This document shows, piece by piece, positions 29,793 through 39,643 of a stretch of 64,000 nucleotides of DNA. Numbering within the stretch: position 1 is the stretch's first letter; the number at the start of each line of letters is the position of its first letter. Made by a program: the position numbers and the translations under genes. This DNA comes from Vulcanimicrobiota bacterium. GTDB taxonomy: Bacteria > Vulcanimicrobiota > Vulcanimicrobiia > Vulcanimicrobiales > Vulcanimicrobiaceae. The notes beneath the pieces were generated by a model. It did no database searches. It was given only the letters and a program-made list of their open reading frames with translations, and was not told where the DNA came from. The DNA is taken from NCBI GenBank assembly GCA_963733295.1, contig CAVTCS010000003.1:2144001-2208000 (forward strand). Reading direction: 5' to 3'.

Positions 29793-31166
29793 TTAACGGC
29801 CGAGGCCTCGTTCTGCGGCGGCGCCGCGTAATCGCGGCCGACGATTACCGTCACGTCGCTGGCGGGCTTCGTTCCTTGCGGCACCACGTCGGCAAGCACC
29901 GTTGCCGATTTGACCGGGATCGCGCTGCGCACGCGCTCCCCTGCCAGCGGCGTCGTCGCCGAGTGGACGTGAATCTCGGTCGAGTCGTAACCGAATTTGT
30001 CGGCGTTCCCGATGCTTTGGATGACGAAGCCTTGTTTCGTCAGCTGCTGCGCCATCCGTGCGCCCATGCCGCGAATGCCGCTTCCGTTGAGAACGATGAC
30101 GCGCACTTGCGCCGGCGCGATCGCCGCGACGGCAGCGGCATTCGGCGCGACCACGGGCACGACGGGCTCGAGGAAAAGCTTTTTGACCAGCGCGTTTTTG
30201 GCGGCGTCGTCGGCGATGATGACGTTGCCGCAGCACGCCAGATCCTTGTCGGCAACGTAGGGAATCTGATCGGTCTTCACTTGAGCTAGATCGATCGACT
30301 TGAACGCATTCGCGATGCTGAGCGCTTCGGAGTTACTGATATCCGTGTAAACGTTCTTCTGAATCACGGCCAGCAGATCGTTGACGTGCATCAGATCGTT
30401 GAACTTATCGCTCTTCAGCTTCGCAATCGTGATCCTGATGACTTGCTGCTGCCGCTTGATCCGGCATGGATCGCCGCATTCGTCGTGACGGAATCGCGAA
30501 TAGGAAACGGCTTGCTCGCCGTTCATGTGGTACTTCTTGCCGCCGACGAAGTGAATCGAGAGATGGCCCCAGTGGTCGTCGTAGTCCATCGTCTCGTCGG
30601 GCACGACATCGATGCCGCCGATTGCGTCGATGAGAGCCTTCGTCGCATTGATCCGCAGCGTCACGAAGCGATCGAATCCTTGGATTCCAAGGAAGTCCGC
30701 GACGACTTTCTCCGAGTTATGCGCGGCCGCGCGGGGGTCTTTGGCTGCGGTGTAGGCCGCGTTGATCTTGTCCTCGTGCCCGTTCGGCATGACGACGTCC
30801 ATGTCGCGCGGCACCGACAGAACGTTCAGCCGCGGCGTCGGCGACTGCGCGGTCGGGAAGACCATGGAGATTGCCATAATGCGTGTCGCTGCGCGCGTTC
30901 GTCGAAAACTCTTGATCCTTCTCGTCGTAATTGTAGTCGATGCCGAGCAGCAGAATGTTGATGCGATCTTTGTGAAAGTGAGCTTGCGGAGGCTCGATGA
31001 AATACGCCGCAATCACGTCCTGGGGAGAACGCTTTTGCATGACCGCCTGCACGGTGACCACGCCCGCCAGGACGCCGGCACAGAGTCCGAAGGCGAGCAA
31101 CAGACCGGCCAACACGCGCCGCACGACGCTCTTGGGTTCGCTCTCGGGAGCGAGATGCTTGCCCAC
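29789..31166 (-). CDS. LCP (LytR-CpsA-Psr) protein with C-terminal LytR domain, frameshift near 30881
   Basis: RINILLLGID, ARSDT(I)MAIS, SVPRD, KINAAY, RFRH, RIKRQQ, VLNGSGIRG. Confidence 0.9.
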
Positions 31167-32548
31167 TATGCGAGCACCGCAGATTCGCGCAACATACCGT
31201 AGAAGTCGAACGCGGTCGCACCGGAAAGCGTGACGTCGACGAACTCGCCGGGCGATGCATCTCCCGTAAAGAAAATTTCGCCGTCGACGCCCGGGGCCTC
31301 GCCCATCGACCTGCCGGCCAGCGCCTGGGTTACGCCCAGGGCGTCGCGCACGGGGTTGCCTTTGCGCAGCGTGCGGCGCTCCTCGACGAGTACCCTGACC
31401 GTTTGGCCGACTCGCTTCTCGCGAGCGCGAGCCGATGCTCGCAATTGAACGTCGCGCAAACGGATAAGCCGCTTGCGTTTCTCCGATTCGGGAACTTGCG
31501 CGCCGAGCTCGGCGGCGGGCGTTCCCTCTTCTTGGCTGTACGCGAAGAAGCCGACGCGATCGAGCTCGGCTCGATCGAGCCACTTCTCCAGGTAGTCCAC
31601 GTGCTCGGGACGCTCGCCCGGAAACCCGACGATGAACGTCGAGCGCATCGTTATGCCGGGAATGCGGCTACGAAATTCGTCGAGGATTTCGAGATAACGT
31701 TCACCGTTCGACGGCCGGCGCATCGCGCGCAGCACTTCGGGGTGCGCGTGCTGCAGCGGCATGTCCATGTACTTGCACACCTTCGGCAGGCGGGCCATCG
31801 TCTCGATCAGCTCGTCGTCGACCGTAGCCGGATACAGATAGAGCAAACGGATCCATTCGAGACCGTCGATCGCGTGAAGCTCCTCGAGGAGCCCGGCAAG
31901 ACCACCCCGGCGCGAACCGCGGTCGCGTCCGTACATCGAGGTGTCCTGGGCGATGAGCACCAGTTCGCGCGTGCCGGCCTGCGCCAACGCCGTCGCTTCC
32001 TTGACGAGCGATTCCGTGCTGCGGCTTCGGAACGCTCCGCGCAATTTCGGGATAATGCAAAACGTGCACGGGTGGTCGCAGCCTTCGGCGACCTTCAGGT
32101 ACGCGGTCGCGCGCGGCGTCGTGATCAAGCGCGGCAGAAAATCGTGTTCGGGCTCGGCTTCGAAGCCGAGGCGCACTGGCCCGAGACCGAGCCTGGCCTC
32201 CTCGAGCACCTCGGCGATGGATGCGTACGCACCGGTTCCGACGATTCCGTCGATCTCGGGGACGAGCGCGCGCAACTCTTCTCCATAACGCTGCGCCAGG
32301 CAGCCCGCGACGATCAACTGCTGGCCGGGACGCTTCGCGCCGGCATGCGCCAGAATCGTCTCGGTCGATTCGGCTTTGGCGGGATCGATGAAGGCACATG
32401 TATTGATGACGACGGCGTCGGCTTCGGCCGTATCTGAAACCAAATCCCACCCGGACAAGCCGAGCTTGCCGATCATGACTTCAGAGTCGACCAAATTCTT
32501 CGCGCAGCCGAGACTCACGAACGCGACGCGCGATGCCGTTTGCTTCAC
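31166..32548 (-). CDS. rimO: Ribosomal protein S12 methylthiotransferase
   Basis: SLGCAKNLVDSE, NTCAFI, EGCDHPCTFCIIP, APGVDG TRAM domain. Confidence 0.96.
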   Translation of the reverse strand: MKQTASRVAFVSLGCAKNLVDSEVMIGKLGLSGWDLVSDTAEADAVVINTCAFIDPAKAESTETILAHAGAKRPGQQLIVAGCLAQRYGEELRALVPEIDGIVGTGAYASIAEVLEEARLGLGPVRLGFEAEPEHDFLPRLITTPRATAYLKVAEGCDHPCTFCIIPKLRGAFRSRSTESLVKEATALAQAGTRELVLIAQDTSMYGRDRGSRRGGLAGLLEELHAIDGLEWIRLLYLYPATVDDELIETMARLPKVCKYMDMPLQHAHPEVLRAMRRPSNGERYLEILDEFRSRIPGITMRSTFIVGFPGERPEHVDYLEKWLDRAELDRVGFFAYSQEEGTPAAELGAQVPESEKRKRLIRLRDVQLRASARAREKRVGQTVRVLVEERRTLRKGNPVRDALGVTQALAGRSMGEAPGVDGEIFFTGDASPGEFVDVTLSGATAFDFYGMLRESAVLA

Positions 32549-32559
32549 GATACTCCGGT

Positions 32560-33048
32560 TCAGCGGTAGTTGATGAACTGCAGCGGCAGTTCGTAGTCGA
32601 GCGAGCGCAGCAGCTGTTGCACTTTTTGCAGATCGTCTCTGCTCTTGGAGGAGACGCGAATCTGCTCGTCCTGGTATTGCGCCTGCACCTTGAGCTTCGA
32701 GGCTTTGATCGCCTCGATCAGCGGCTTGGATTTGTCCTTGGGAATGCCGCTTCGAATGGTAATCGTCTGCCGGAATGCCTGTTGAGTCGCCGGTTCGACT
32801 TTCCCGTATTCGAAGGCCTTTAGCGAGATTCCGCGCTTGGTCGCCCTACTCTGCAAAACGTCGATCACGTTCTTGAGCTTGAGTTCGTCGTCGCTGAGAA
32901 TCGTGATCGTGGTCGCTGTGCTCTCGATTTCCGTCTTGGAATTCTTGAAATCGAAGCGACCGGCGATCTCCTTGCGGGCCTGGTTGAGCGCGTTGTCGAG
33001 CTCCTGGGCGTCGACGCGCGACACGACATCGAAGGAAGAATCGGCCAT
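32560..33048 (-). CDS. yajQ: YajQ family nucleotide/c-di-GMP-binding protein
   Basis: SFDVVSRVD.QELDNA..RFDFK..RDDLQ..PLQFINYR. Confidence 0.96.
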   Translation of the reverse strand: MADSSFDVVSRVDAQELDNALNQARKEIAGRFDFKNSKTEIESTATTITILSDDELKLKNVIDVLQSRATKRGISLKAFEYGKVEPATQQAFRQTITIRSGIPKDKSKPLIEAIKASKLKVQAQYQDEQIRVSSKSRDDLQKVQQLLRSLDYELPLQFINYR

Positions 33049-33855
33049 TTACTCCTCGACTAGGGCGTAGGTCTTCTCGACGACTTCCCCGCTCCGCCCC
33101 ATCTTCCCGAGGTCCTTCCCGCCGACAACGAGATCGACGCCGCCGGCGTTCCCGGTGCGGACGTAGGCACTCCGGCCGTAAAATGTCTTGAGCGTCCCCG
33201 GCGGATAGATGCCCTCCATCTGACGCCGGCCGTCAATGTCGACCCGAACCCAGGCTCGCGCGCTGATCGCCACTTCGAGGGAAGCCGGAACGGCCGAGGC
33301 GCTCGGGGTCGGACTCGGCGTCGTAACCAGATCGCCCGGGTTCGATTCGGGGGAGCTCAGGCCGGCAGTCCCCGGCTCTTCGGATGCTTCGGCCGAGGGC
33401 GAGGGCGAGGCGGCTCCGGGTTCGACGGGTGCGGGCGAAACGCCCAGCTCGCCGCCCGCATCGGGCGTCGCGGCGACCCCCGAGGTCTGGAGCTGGTAGT
33501 AGTTATAGCCGACGAAGCAAAGCAAGACGACCGCCGCCGCCCCCGCGAGCCAGATCCAGATCGACGGGCCGCGCCGGCGGGCCGGGGCGACGCGAACCGG
33601 GCCGTCCGATTCACGCTCGGCCTCCTCCATGTCGGAGTTGTAGGCCTCGACGGCGGTTTCGGGGTCGAGGCCCAAAAAGCGCGCATACGTTCGAATAAAG
33701 CCCCGAACGTAGACCGGAGCGGCGATCGCCGACCAATCCTCTTGCTCGATGCTTTGGAGGTACACCGACCGGATGTGGATTTGATCCGATACATCCGCTA
33801 GCGACAGATGCCTCGCTTCGCGGGCAGCGCGAAACTCATCCCCGAGCCCAGGCAT
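33049..33855 (-). CDS. rodZ: RodZ-like HTH-TM-DUF4115 protein
   Basis: YVRGFIRTYARFLGLD HTH, one TM segment, RTGNAGGV. Confidence 0.85.
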   Translation of the reverse strand: MPGLGDEFRAAREARHLSLADVSDQIHIRSVYLQSIEQEDWSAIAAPVYVRGFIRTYARFLGLDPETAVEAYNSDMEEAERESDGPVRVAPARRRGPSIWIWLAGAAAVVLLCFVGYNYYQLQTSGVAATPDAGGELGVSPAPVEPGAASPSPSAEASEEPGTAGLSSPESNPGDLVTTPSPTPSASAVPASLEVAISARAWVRVDIDGRRQMEGIYPPGTLKTFYGRSAYVRTGNAGGVDLVVGGKDLGKMGRSGEVVEKTYALVEE

Positions 33856-33899
33856 GCGCTTTGTGTTTGCGCCGTTGCCGGGTTATCCTGTAACACAGC

Positions 33900-34988
33900 A
33901 TGTCCGGGAAAGTACGCGTCGTCGCGGCGATGAGCGGCGGAGTCGATTCAGCCGTTGCGGCCGCTCTTTTGGTGGAGCGAGGCTTCGACGTCGTCGGAGT
34001 GACGATGAAGATGTACGCGCCGACGCGCCCGGCACACGCGAAGTCGTGTTGCGGTGCGGAGGATTTTGACGACGCGCGCCGCTGCGCAGCGCTCCTGGGG
34101 ATACCTCACTACGTCCTCGACTTCGAGGAAACGTTCCGGCGCAGCGTCGTGGATCGCTTCGTTACCGACTACCGCAGCGGACGCACGCCCAATCCGTGCG
34201 TCGCCTGTAACAACTTCGTGAAGCTGGGAACGCTGGGCCAATATGCCGCGCGCGTGGGCGCGCGCTACGTGGCCACAGGTCACTACGCGCGGCTCGAACA
34301 CACCGCCGGCGGTCCGCACCTCTTTCGCGCCGACCCGCTCAAGGATCAGTCGTACGCTCTCGCACAGTTGACTCGGGCTCAGCTGGACGGACTGCTTTTG
34401 CCGCTGGGTGCGCTCGACAAAACGCAGACGCGCGCGGAAGCCGCGCGGCTCGGTTTGGCGATTGCCGAGAAACCCGATTCGCAAGACATCTGTTTCGTCG
34501 AGGGCGGCGACTACCGCAGCGTGCTCGAGCGTGCGGTCCCGGAGGAAGAGCTCGCGGGATCGATCGTCACGACGCGCGGCGAGCCGGTCGGCGTTCACGC
34601 GGGAATCTCGCACTACACCGTCGGTCAGCGCCGCGGTCTCCCGGCGACGAACTTCAACGACGGCCCGCGTTACGTGACGCGCATCGATTCGTCTACGGGA
34701 ACGATCGTGATCGGCCGCGAGGAAGAGTTGTATTCGAGTGCGCTGCGCGCCGACGAACTCAACCTGATCCGCCCCGAGCGCTTTGCGGCCGGACCCTTAC
34801 GCGTTCTGGCGATGACGCGCTATCGCGCTCCGCTCAACTTTGCTCGGGCGACGGTCGAGGAAGGAGCGAAGCTGCGTCTCGACTTCGAGGCACCTGAGCG
34901 CGCGATCGCGCCGGGGCAGCTCGTCGCGCTCTACGACGAAGGCGGCGCGGAAGTGCTCGGGGCGGCCACGATCCGCGAGGCGCTTTAG
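33900..34988 (+). CDS. mnmA: tRNA 2-thiouridine synthase
   Basis: [42 protein letters not shown]. Confidence 0.97.
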   Translation: MSGKVRVVAAMSGGVDSAVAAALLVERGFDVVGVTMKMYAPTRPAHAKSCCGAEDFDDARRCAALLGIPHYVLDFEETFRRSVVDRFVTDYRSGRTPNPCVACNNFVKLGTLGQYAARVGARYVATGHYARLEHTAGGPHLFRADPLKDQSYALAQLTRAQLDGLLLPLGALDKTQTRAEAARLGLAIAEKPDSQDICFVEGGDYRSVLERAVPEEELAGSIVTTRGEPVGVHAGISHYTVGQRRGLPATNFNDGPRYVTRIDSSTGTIVIGREEELYSSALRADELNLIRPERFAAGPLRVLAMTRYRAPLNFARATVEEGAKLRLDFEAPERAIAPGQLVALYDEGGAEVLGAATIREAL

Positions 34989-35762
34989 TTGGAGATTCCT
35001 CGAAATCACTTCAAAGCGGCGCTGCGCGAGGGGCGATCGCAGATCGGGATCTGGAACTCGCTATGCAGCAACTTCTCGACCGAAGTGATCGCGGGCGCCG
35101 GTTTTGACTGCATCGTCATCGATATGGAACACGCGCCGAACGAGGTCTTCGGCGTCTTGTCCCAGCTTCAAGCGATCGCCCCGTACGAAGGCGTCTCCGC
35201 GATCGTGCGGCCGCCTTGGAACGATCCGGTCACCATCAAGCGCGTGCTCGATGCCGGCGCGCAGACGCTGCTGATTCCGTACGTGCAGAGCGTAGAGGAA
35301 GCGAAGCGCGCGGTCGAAGCCACGCGCTATCCGCCCGACGGCTTCCGCGGGGTGGCCGTCGCGACGCGCGCGAATCGCTGGGGCCGCGTGAAAGACTATT
35401 TCAAGCGCGTGAACGACGAGCTCTGCGTCGTCGTTCAGCTCGAGACGACCGTCGCGCTCGAGCACCTCGAGGAGATTGCGAACCTTGACGGCATCGATTG
35501 TATTTTCATCGGGCCTTCCGATCTTTCGGCTTCGCTCGGGCACCTCGGCAACGCTCAGGCGCCGGAAGTACGCGCTGCGATCGACGACGCATTCGCGCGC
35601 ACCAAACGCGCCGGCAAGGCAGCGGGCATCCTGATGACGCTCGAGTCCGAAGCGCGGCGCTACGTTAAGGAAGGCGTGCAATTCGTGGCGATAGGCTCGG
35701 ACGTCGGCCTGCTCGCTCGTGGCGCCGAGGCGCTGGCCGGAAAACTCAAGACCCTCCCATAA
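34989..35762 (+). CDS. HpcH/HpaI family aldolase
   Basis: [26 protein letters not shown]. Confidence 0.93.
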   Translation: MEIPRNHFKAALREGRSQIGIWNSLCSNFSTEVIAGAGFDCIVIDMEHAPNEVFGVLSQLQAIAPYEGVSAIVRPPWNDPVTIKRVLDAGAQTLLIPYVQSVEEAKRAVEATRYPPDGFRGVAVATRANRWGRVKDYFKRVNDELCVVVQLETTVALEHLEEIANLDGIDCIFIGPSDLSASLGHLGNAQAPEVRAAIDDAFARTKRAGKAAGILMTLESEARRYVKEGVQFVAIGSDVGLLARGAEALAGKLKTLP

Positions 35763-35772
35763 GAGGAAGGCA

Positions 35773-36150
35773 ATGGCCAACATACGGATCGAGAATGGCT
35801 ACCTGGACATCGAGCTTTCATTGCTCGACGCGCTGCTGGCCTTTCACGGCTCTTTTCACATTCCGCTCGCGCACGTGACCAACGCGTACGTCAGCTCGTT
35901 CGAGGATCTCCGCCTGCAATGGAAGCTGCTCGGAACTGGGCTCGGCTACATCAAAGAAGCGGGGATCTTCTCGACGCCGGAGGGCATTATCTTTTGCGAT
36001 ATCAGCGGCGCAAAGGATTGCGTCGTGATCGAGACGCGAGGCGAGCGTTTTCCGCGCATCGCAGTGCAGCCACCGAAAGGTCAAGACCCGAGCGCTCTGG
36101 CTCACCAGATCGTCCAGAACGTGCCGGACAGCGGTCCGGTCGAAACGTAA
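35773..36150 (+). CDS. Hypothetical protein
   Basis: RBS-like GAGGAAGG before ATG; globular 125-aa ORF. Confidence 0.7.
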   Translation: MANIRIENGYLDIELSLLDALLAFHGSFHIPLAHVTNAYVSSFEDLRLQWKLLGTGLGYIKEAGIFSTPEGIIFCDISGAKDCVVIETRGERFPRIAVQPPKGQDPSALAHQIVQNVPDSGPVET

Positions 36151-36171
36151 TATCAACGAATCGCATTTGAG

Positions 36172-36690
36172 TCAGTCAGGGCGTAAGCGCAGCTCGTAGG
36201 CGAGGTGTTCTTCTTCGCTGCCGTCGGGCCAGCGATACGGTTGATCTTCGGTCCACGTAAAGCCGGAGCGCACGATCGCACGCCGCGAAGGTTCGTTCGA
36301 GCGCCGGTGGCCGACGACTGCCCGGCGAAAGCGCGGACGAGCTCGCGCCCAGGCTACGCGCGTTTGGTAGAAAAGCGCGACGAGGCCACGTCCGCGAAAT
36401 TCCGGCAAGATGTACGACATGCCCAGCGCCGCGGTCCGCCCGGTCGGGTCGTTGCGATCCGTAAAGACGCCGCTGATGCCGACGAGGCGAGCGCCGTCGA
36501 ACAAACCGAAGACTTGGTGTTCCGCGTCGCCGGTCGCCAGTGCAATCCACTCCTCCTCGGCGCGCTGTGCTTCCGCTTCGTACGTGCTGAAGAAGAGGCC
36601 AGGCTCAGTTTGCAGTGCGTGCAGTCGCAGCTCGCGAAGCGCGCGCCAATCCTGCGAGCCCAGCTCTCTCAGCGTGACGCCGGCCGCCAT
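36172..36690 (-). CDS. GNAT N-acetyltransferase
   Basis: YILPEFRGRG, SNEPSRRAI..GF. Confidence 0.88.
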   Translation of the reverse strand: MAAGVTLRELGSQDWRALRELRLHALQTEPGLFFSTYEAEAQRAEEEWIALATGDAEHQVFGLFDGARLVGISGVFTDRNDPTGRTAALGMSYILPEFRGRGLVALFYQTRVAWARARPRFRRAVVGHRRSNEPSRRAIVRSGFTWTEDQPYRWPDGSEEEHLAYELRLRPD

Positions 36691-36702
36691 CGAAGGTTTG
36701 GA

Positions 36703-37788
36703 CTAACTAGCGGTTGCGAGCGCCATCTGCGGCCGCAGATTCCAGTACGTGTCGCGGATGACGGGACGGAATCCGGCGCCGATAACCAGCTCTTCGAGCT
36801 GTTTGCGCGTCGCCTCGTTCGTCGAGCCGGCGTCGTGAACGACGCGCTCCTCGAGAATCGTGCCGCCCATGTCGTCGCAGCCATAGAACAGCGCGAGCTG
36901 CCCCATCTTCAAACCCGGAGTAAGCCATGAGGCCTGCAGGTGCGGCACGTTGTCGAGATAGAGCCGCGAGATCGCGAGAACCCGCAGATACTCGAGACCG
37001 CTCGACTCGGTGCCGCGCAGCGGCGTCTTGAACGGAACGTAGTACCATGGGATAAAGGCCGTGAAGCCGCCGGTCTCGTCTTGCAAGCCGCGCACCGCAT
37101 CGAGATGGGCGATGCGTTCCGCTTTCGTCTCGATCGAGCCAAACATCATCGTCGCCGTCGTCGGCATGCCGAGCAGTTGCGCCTCGCGCATCACGCCGAG
37201 CCACGCGTCGGGTTTTACCTTGCGCGCGCTGATGCGCTTGCGCACGCGTTCGACAAGAATCTCGGCGCCGGCGCCCGGCAGCGACTTCATGCCGGCGGCC
37301 TTGAGCCGCACCAGCACGTCGTGCGTCGTCATCTGCTCGACGCTCGCCAAGCCGACGACCTCGGAGACCGAGAGCGAATGGATGTCGACCTCGGGGTATT
37401 CGACCCGCACTCGCTCGAACAGCCGCTCGAACCACTCTAGGCGCAGCTCCGGATTGACGCCGCCCTGAATCATGATCTGCGTCGCGCCTTGTTCGGCCGC
37501 CCAACGCACGCGGCCCAGCACGTCGTCGTGCGACATCGTGTAACCTTCGCCGTGTTTTTCGGGCCGGAAAAAGGCGCAGAACGTGCAGTGCACGTTGCAC
37601 ACGTTCGTGTAGTTGATGGTCGTGTCGATGACGTACGTCACGTCGTTCGACGGATAGAGCGACATTCTGCGGCGGTGCGCGGCGGCGCCGAGATCGTGCA
37701 GCGCCGCGTTCTCGTAGAGCAGAACGCCCTCATCGTAACTCAGGCGGCCACCTGAAGCCGCCCGCTCGAGAAGCTCAGCGAGCGGCAA
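36703..37788 (-). CDS. mqnC: Cyclic dehypoxanthine futalosine synthase
   Basis: NYTNVCNVHCTFCAF, PGAGAEIL, TATMMFG, LQASW. Confidence 0.88.
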   Translation of the reverse strand: MPLAELLERAASGGRLSYDEGVLLYENAALHDLGAAAHRRRMSLYPSNDVTYVIDTTINYTNVCNVHCTFCAFFRPEKHGEGYTMSHDDVLGRVRWAAEQGATQIMIQGGVNPELRLEWFERLFERVRVEYPEVDIHSLSVSEVVGLASVEQMTTHDVLVRLKAAGMKSLPGAGAEILVERVRKRISARKVKPDAWLGVMREAQLLGMPTTATMMFGSIETKAERIAHLDAVRGLQDETGGFTAFIPWYYVPFKTPLRGTESSGLEYLRVLAISRLYLDNVPHLQASWLTPGLKMGQLALFYGCDDMGGTILEERVVHDAGSTNEATRKQLEELVIGAGFRPVIRDTYWNLRPQMALATAS

Positions 37789-38908
37789 CGAGCGCCTCTT
37801 CGGGTTTCCAGTCGTAGGCGAACTCGTCGTAAGTCGAATTGCGGCGAACCGGTACGTATCCGATTTCCTCGATGAGACGCCGGAACTCCCGATCGTCGAC
37901 GTACTGTCCCGACTGCGTGCCCGCGCTGTGGTAGATGCGCTCCTCGTCGGTCGAGCCGTGCGTACCGTCCATGTCGTCGGCGCCGAACTGCAAGGCCACT
38001 TGACAGACCTTGATGCCTTGGATCATCCAATAGGCCTTAATGTGATCGAAGTTATACAACATCAAGCGCGCGGTCGCGAACATGCGGATGTCGTCGAGGC
38101 CGCTCGTCCAGCCGTAGTGCGAGAGCTCGTTGCCGTCGGGATGAAACGCGAGGGGGATGAACGCGTTGAAACCGGGCGAGCGTTCCTGGGATTCGCGCAG
38201 CGCGATCAAGTGCTCGACCCGTTCCTCGAGCGTCTCGACGGTTCCGTACAACATCGTCGCGTTCGAGGCGATGCCGTGGCGGTGAGCGACCTCGTGAATC
38301 TTCAACCAGTTCTCCGCATCGACCTTATTGGCGCAAACGAGCTTGCGGTAACGGGCGCTAAAGACTTCTGCCCCGCCGCCGTTGATGTTGTCGAGTCCCG
38401 CCTCGCGGAGTCGACCCAGGATCTCGTCGTACGTCAAGCGGTGCCGGCGCGCGAGATAATCGATCTCGGCCGCCGTAAAAAGCGAGAGTTGCACGTGCGG
38501 CAGCGCTTCTTTGAAGCGGCGCATCAGCGGAAGCCAGTAGTCGAGCGAGAGCTGGCGCGGATCGTGGCCACCCACGATGTGCAATTGATTGAAGTTCGGA
38601 CCGGTCTCGAGCGCCTTGGCGAAGACTTCGTCGGCACCCATGCGGACCGCCGCGCCGTCCTTCTCCTCCTTCGCGAACGAACAGAACTTGCAGTGCGCGT
38701 AACAGACGTTGGTCGAGTTGATGTAGCGATTCAGAACGTAAAAGACTTTGTTTCCGCTCTTACGCTCCTTCTCGCGTTTCGCCAACCGGCCGAGCGTGTG
38801 AAGATCCTGCGTCTGCAACATCGCGACGCCGTCATCTTTCGAGAGCGGAATGCCCTCGTCGAGTTTGTTTTCGACGGCGCGCAGCGCTGGATCGGTAACG
38901 AATGACAC
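37775..38908 (-). CDS. mqnE: Aminofutalosine synthase
   Basis: TNVCYAHCKFCSF, SNATMLYG, HIKAYWMI, FGADDMDGT. Confidence 0.88.
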   Translation of the reverse strand: MSFVTDPALRAVENKLDEGIPLSKDDGVAMLQTQDLHTLGRLAKREKERKSGNKVFYVLNRYINSTNVCYAHCKFCSFAKEEKDGAAVRMGADEVFAKALETGPNFNQLHIVGGHDPRQLSLDYWLPLMRRFKEALPHVQLSLFTAAEIDYLARRHRLTYDEILGRLREAGLDNINGGGAEVFSARYRKLVCANKVDAENWLKIHEVAHRHGIASNATMLYGTVETLEERVEHLIALRESQERSPGFNAFIPLAFHPDGNELSHYGWTSGLDDIRMFATARLMLYNFDHIKAYWMIQGIKVCQVALQFGADDMDGTHGSTDEERIYHSAGTQSGQYVDDREFRRLIEEIGYVPVRRNSTYDEFAYDWKPEEALVAAR

Positions 38909-39007
38909 TTCCGGGCTTACCTCGTGAACGCGAACTGAATGACTCTACGGAGTTACCCGTTCGACCCCATCCTCAGCAACGACTGCCGGAACCCGGCAAG
39001 GTGACTT

Positions 39008-39643
39008 TTATCGCGCTTCGGCCTGCGCGGCGGCCGCTCGAGCAGGCTTCGTCGAGGCTCGCAGGACCACAGCAATCTCGAAAGCTAGCGCGCTGATTCC
39101 GAGCAGATAGCCCCCGAGAAGGTCGCTCGGAAAGTGAACCCCGAGCGCCAGCCGCGACCAACCGATGGCAAGGATCCAAACCGCGACAGCAGCCAGGATC
39201 GCGGCCCTCGCACCCAGGGGCAGTCCGCTGCGCCAAACGAGATAGGCCCAAAAACCGTAGAACGCCGTGGCCAGCACCGCGTGACCGCTCGGGTACGAAT
39301 ACGAAGGCTCGCGCAGCGCGAACCAATGTTCGGGCCGAGGCCGCTGGAGCGTCAGCTTTACGAGGTCGCTGACCTTCCAAGTCACGACGAGGCCGACGAC
39401 GGAAATCGCGATCGGCGTCAGCCATTTGCGGCGCAGCACGCCCACGATCAACAATATCGCGCAGAGCGTGGCGTAAACCGGAAACTGTCCGGCGCGCGTG
39501 AGAAGCGTCGCAAGTGGAAGCGCAACGCCGCCGAGCGATTCTGCCGCGAGGTCGAAGTACCCCGGCGGTCGAGACGACACGGCGATTCCGAGGCCAAGAC
39601 ACGCGACGAGCGCCACGATTCCGGTGACGATCGCCGCGCGCAT
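39008..39643 (-). CDS. PAP2 family phosphatase
   Basis: K...QRPRP, SYPSGH, SRLALGVHFPSD. Confidence 0.93.
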   Translation of the reverse strand: MRAAIVTGIVALVACLGLGIAVSSRPPGYFDLAAESLGGVALPLATLLTRAGQFPVYATLCAILLIVGVLRRKWLTPIAISVVGLVVTWKVSDLVKLTLQRPRPEHWFALREPSYSYPSGHAVLATAFYGFWAYLVWRSGLPLGARAAILAAVAVWILAIGWSRLALGVHFPSDLLGGYLLGISALAFEIAVVLRASTKPARAAAAQAEAR

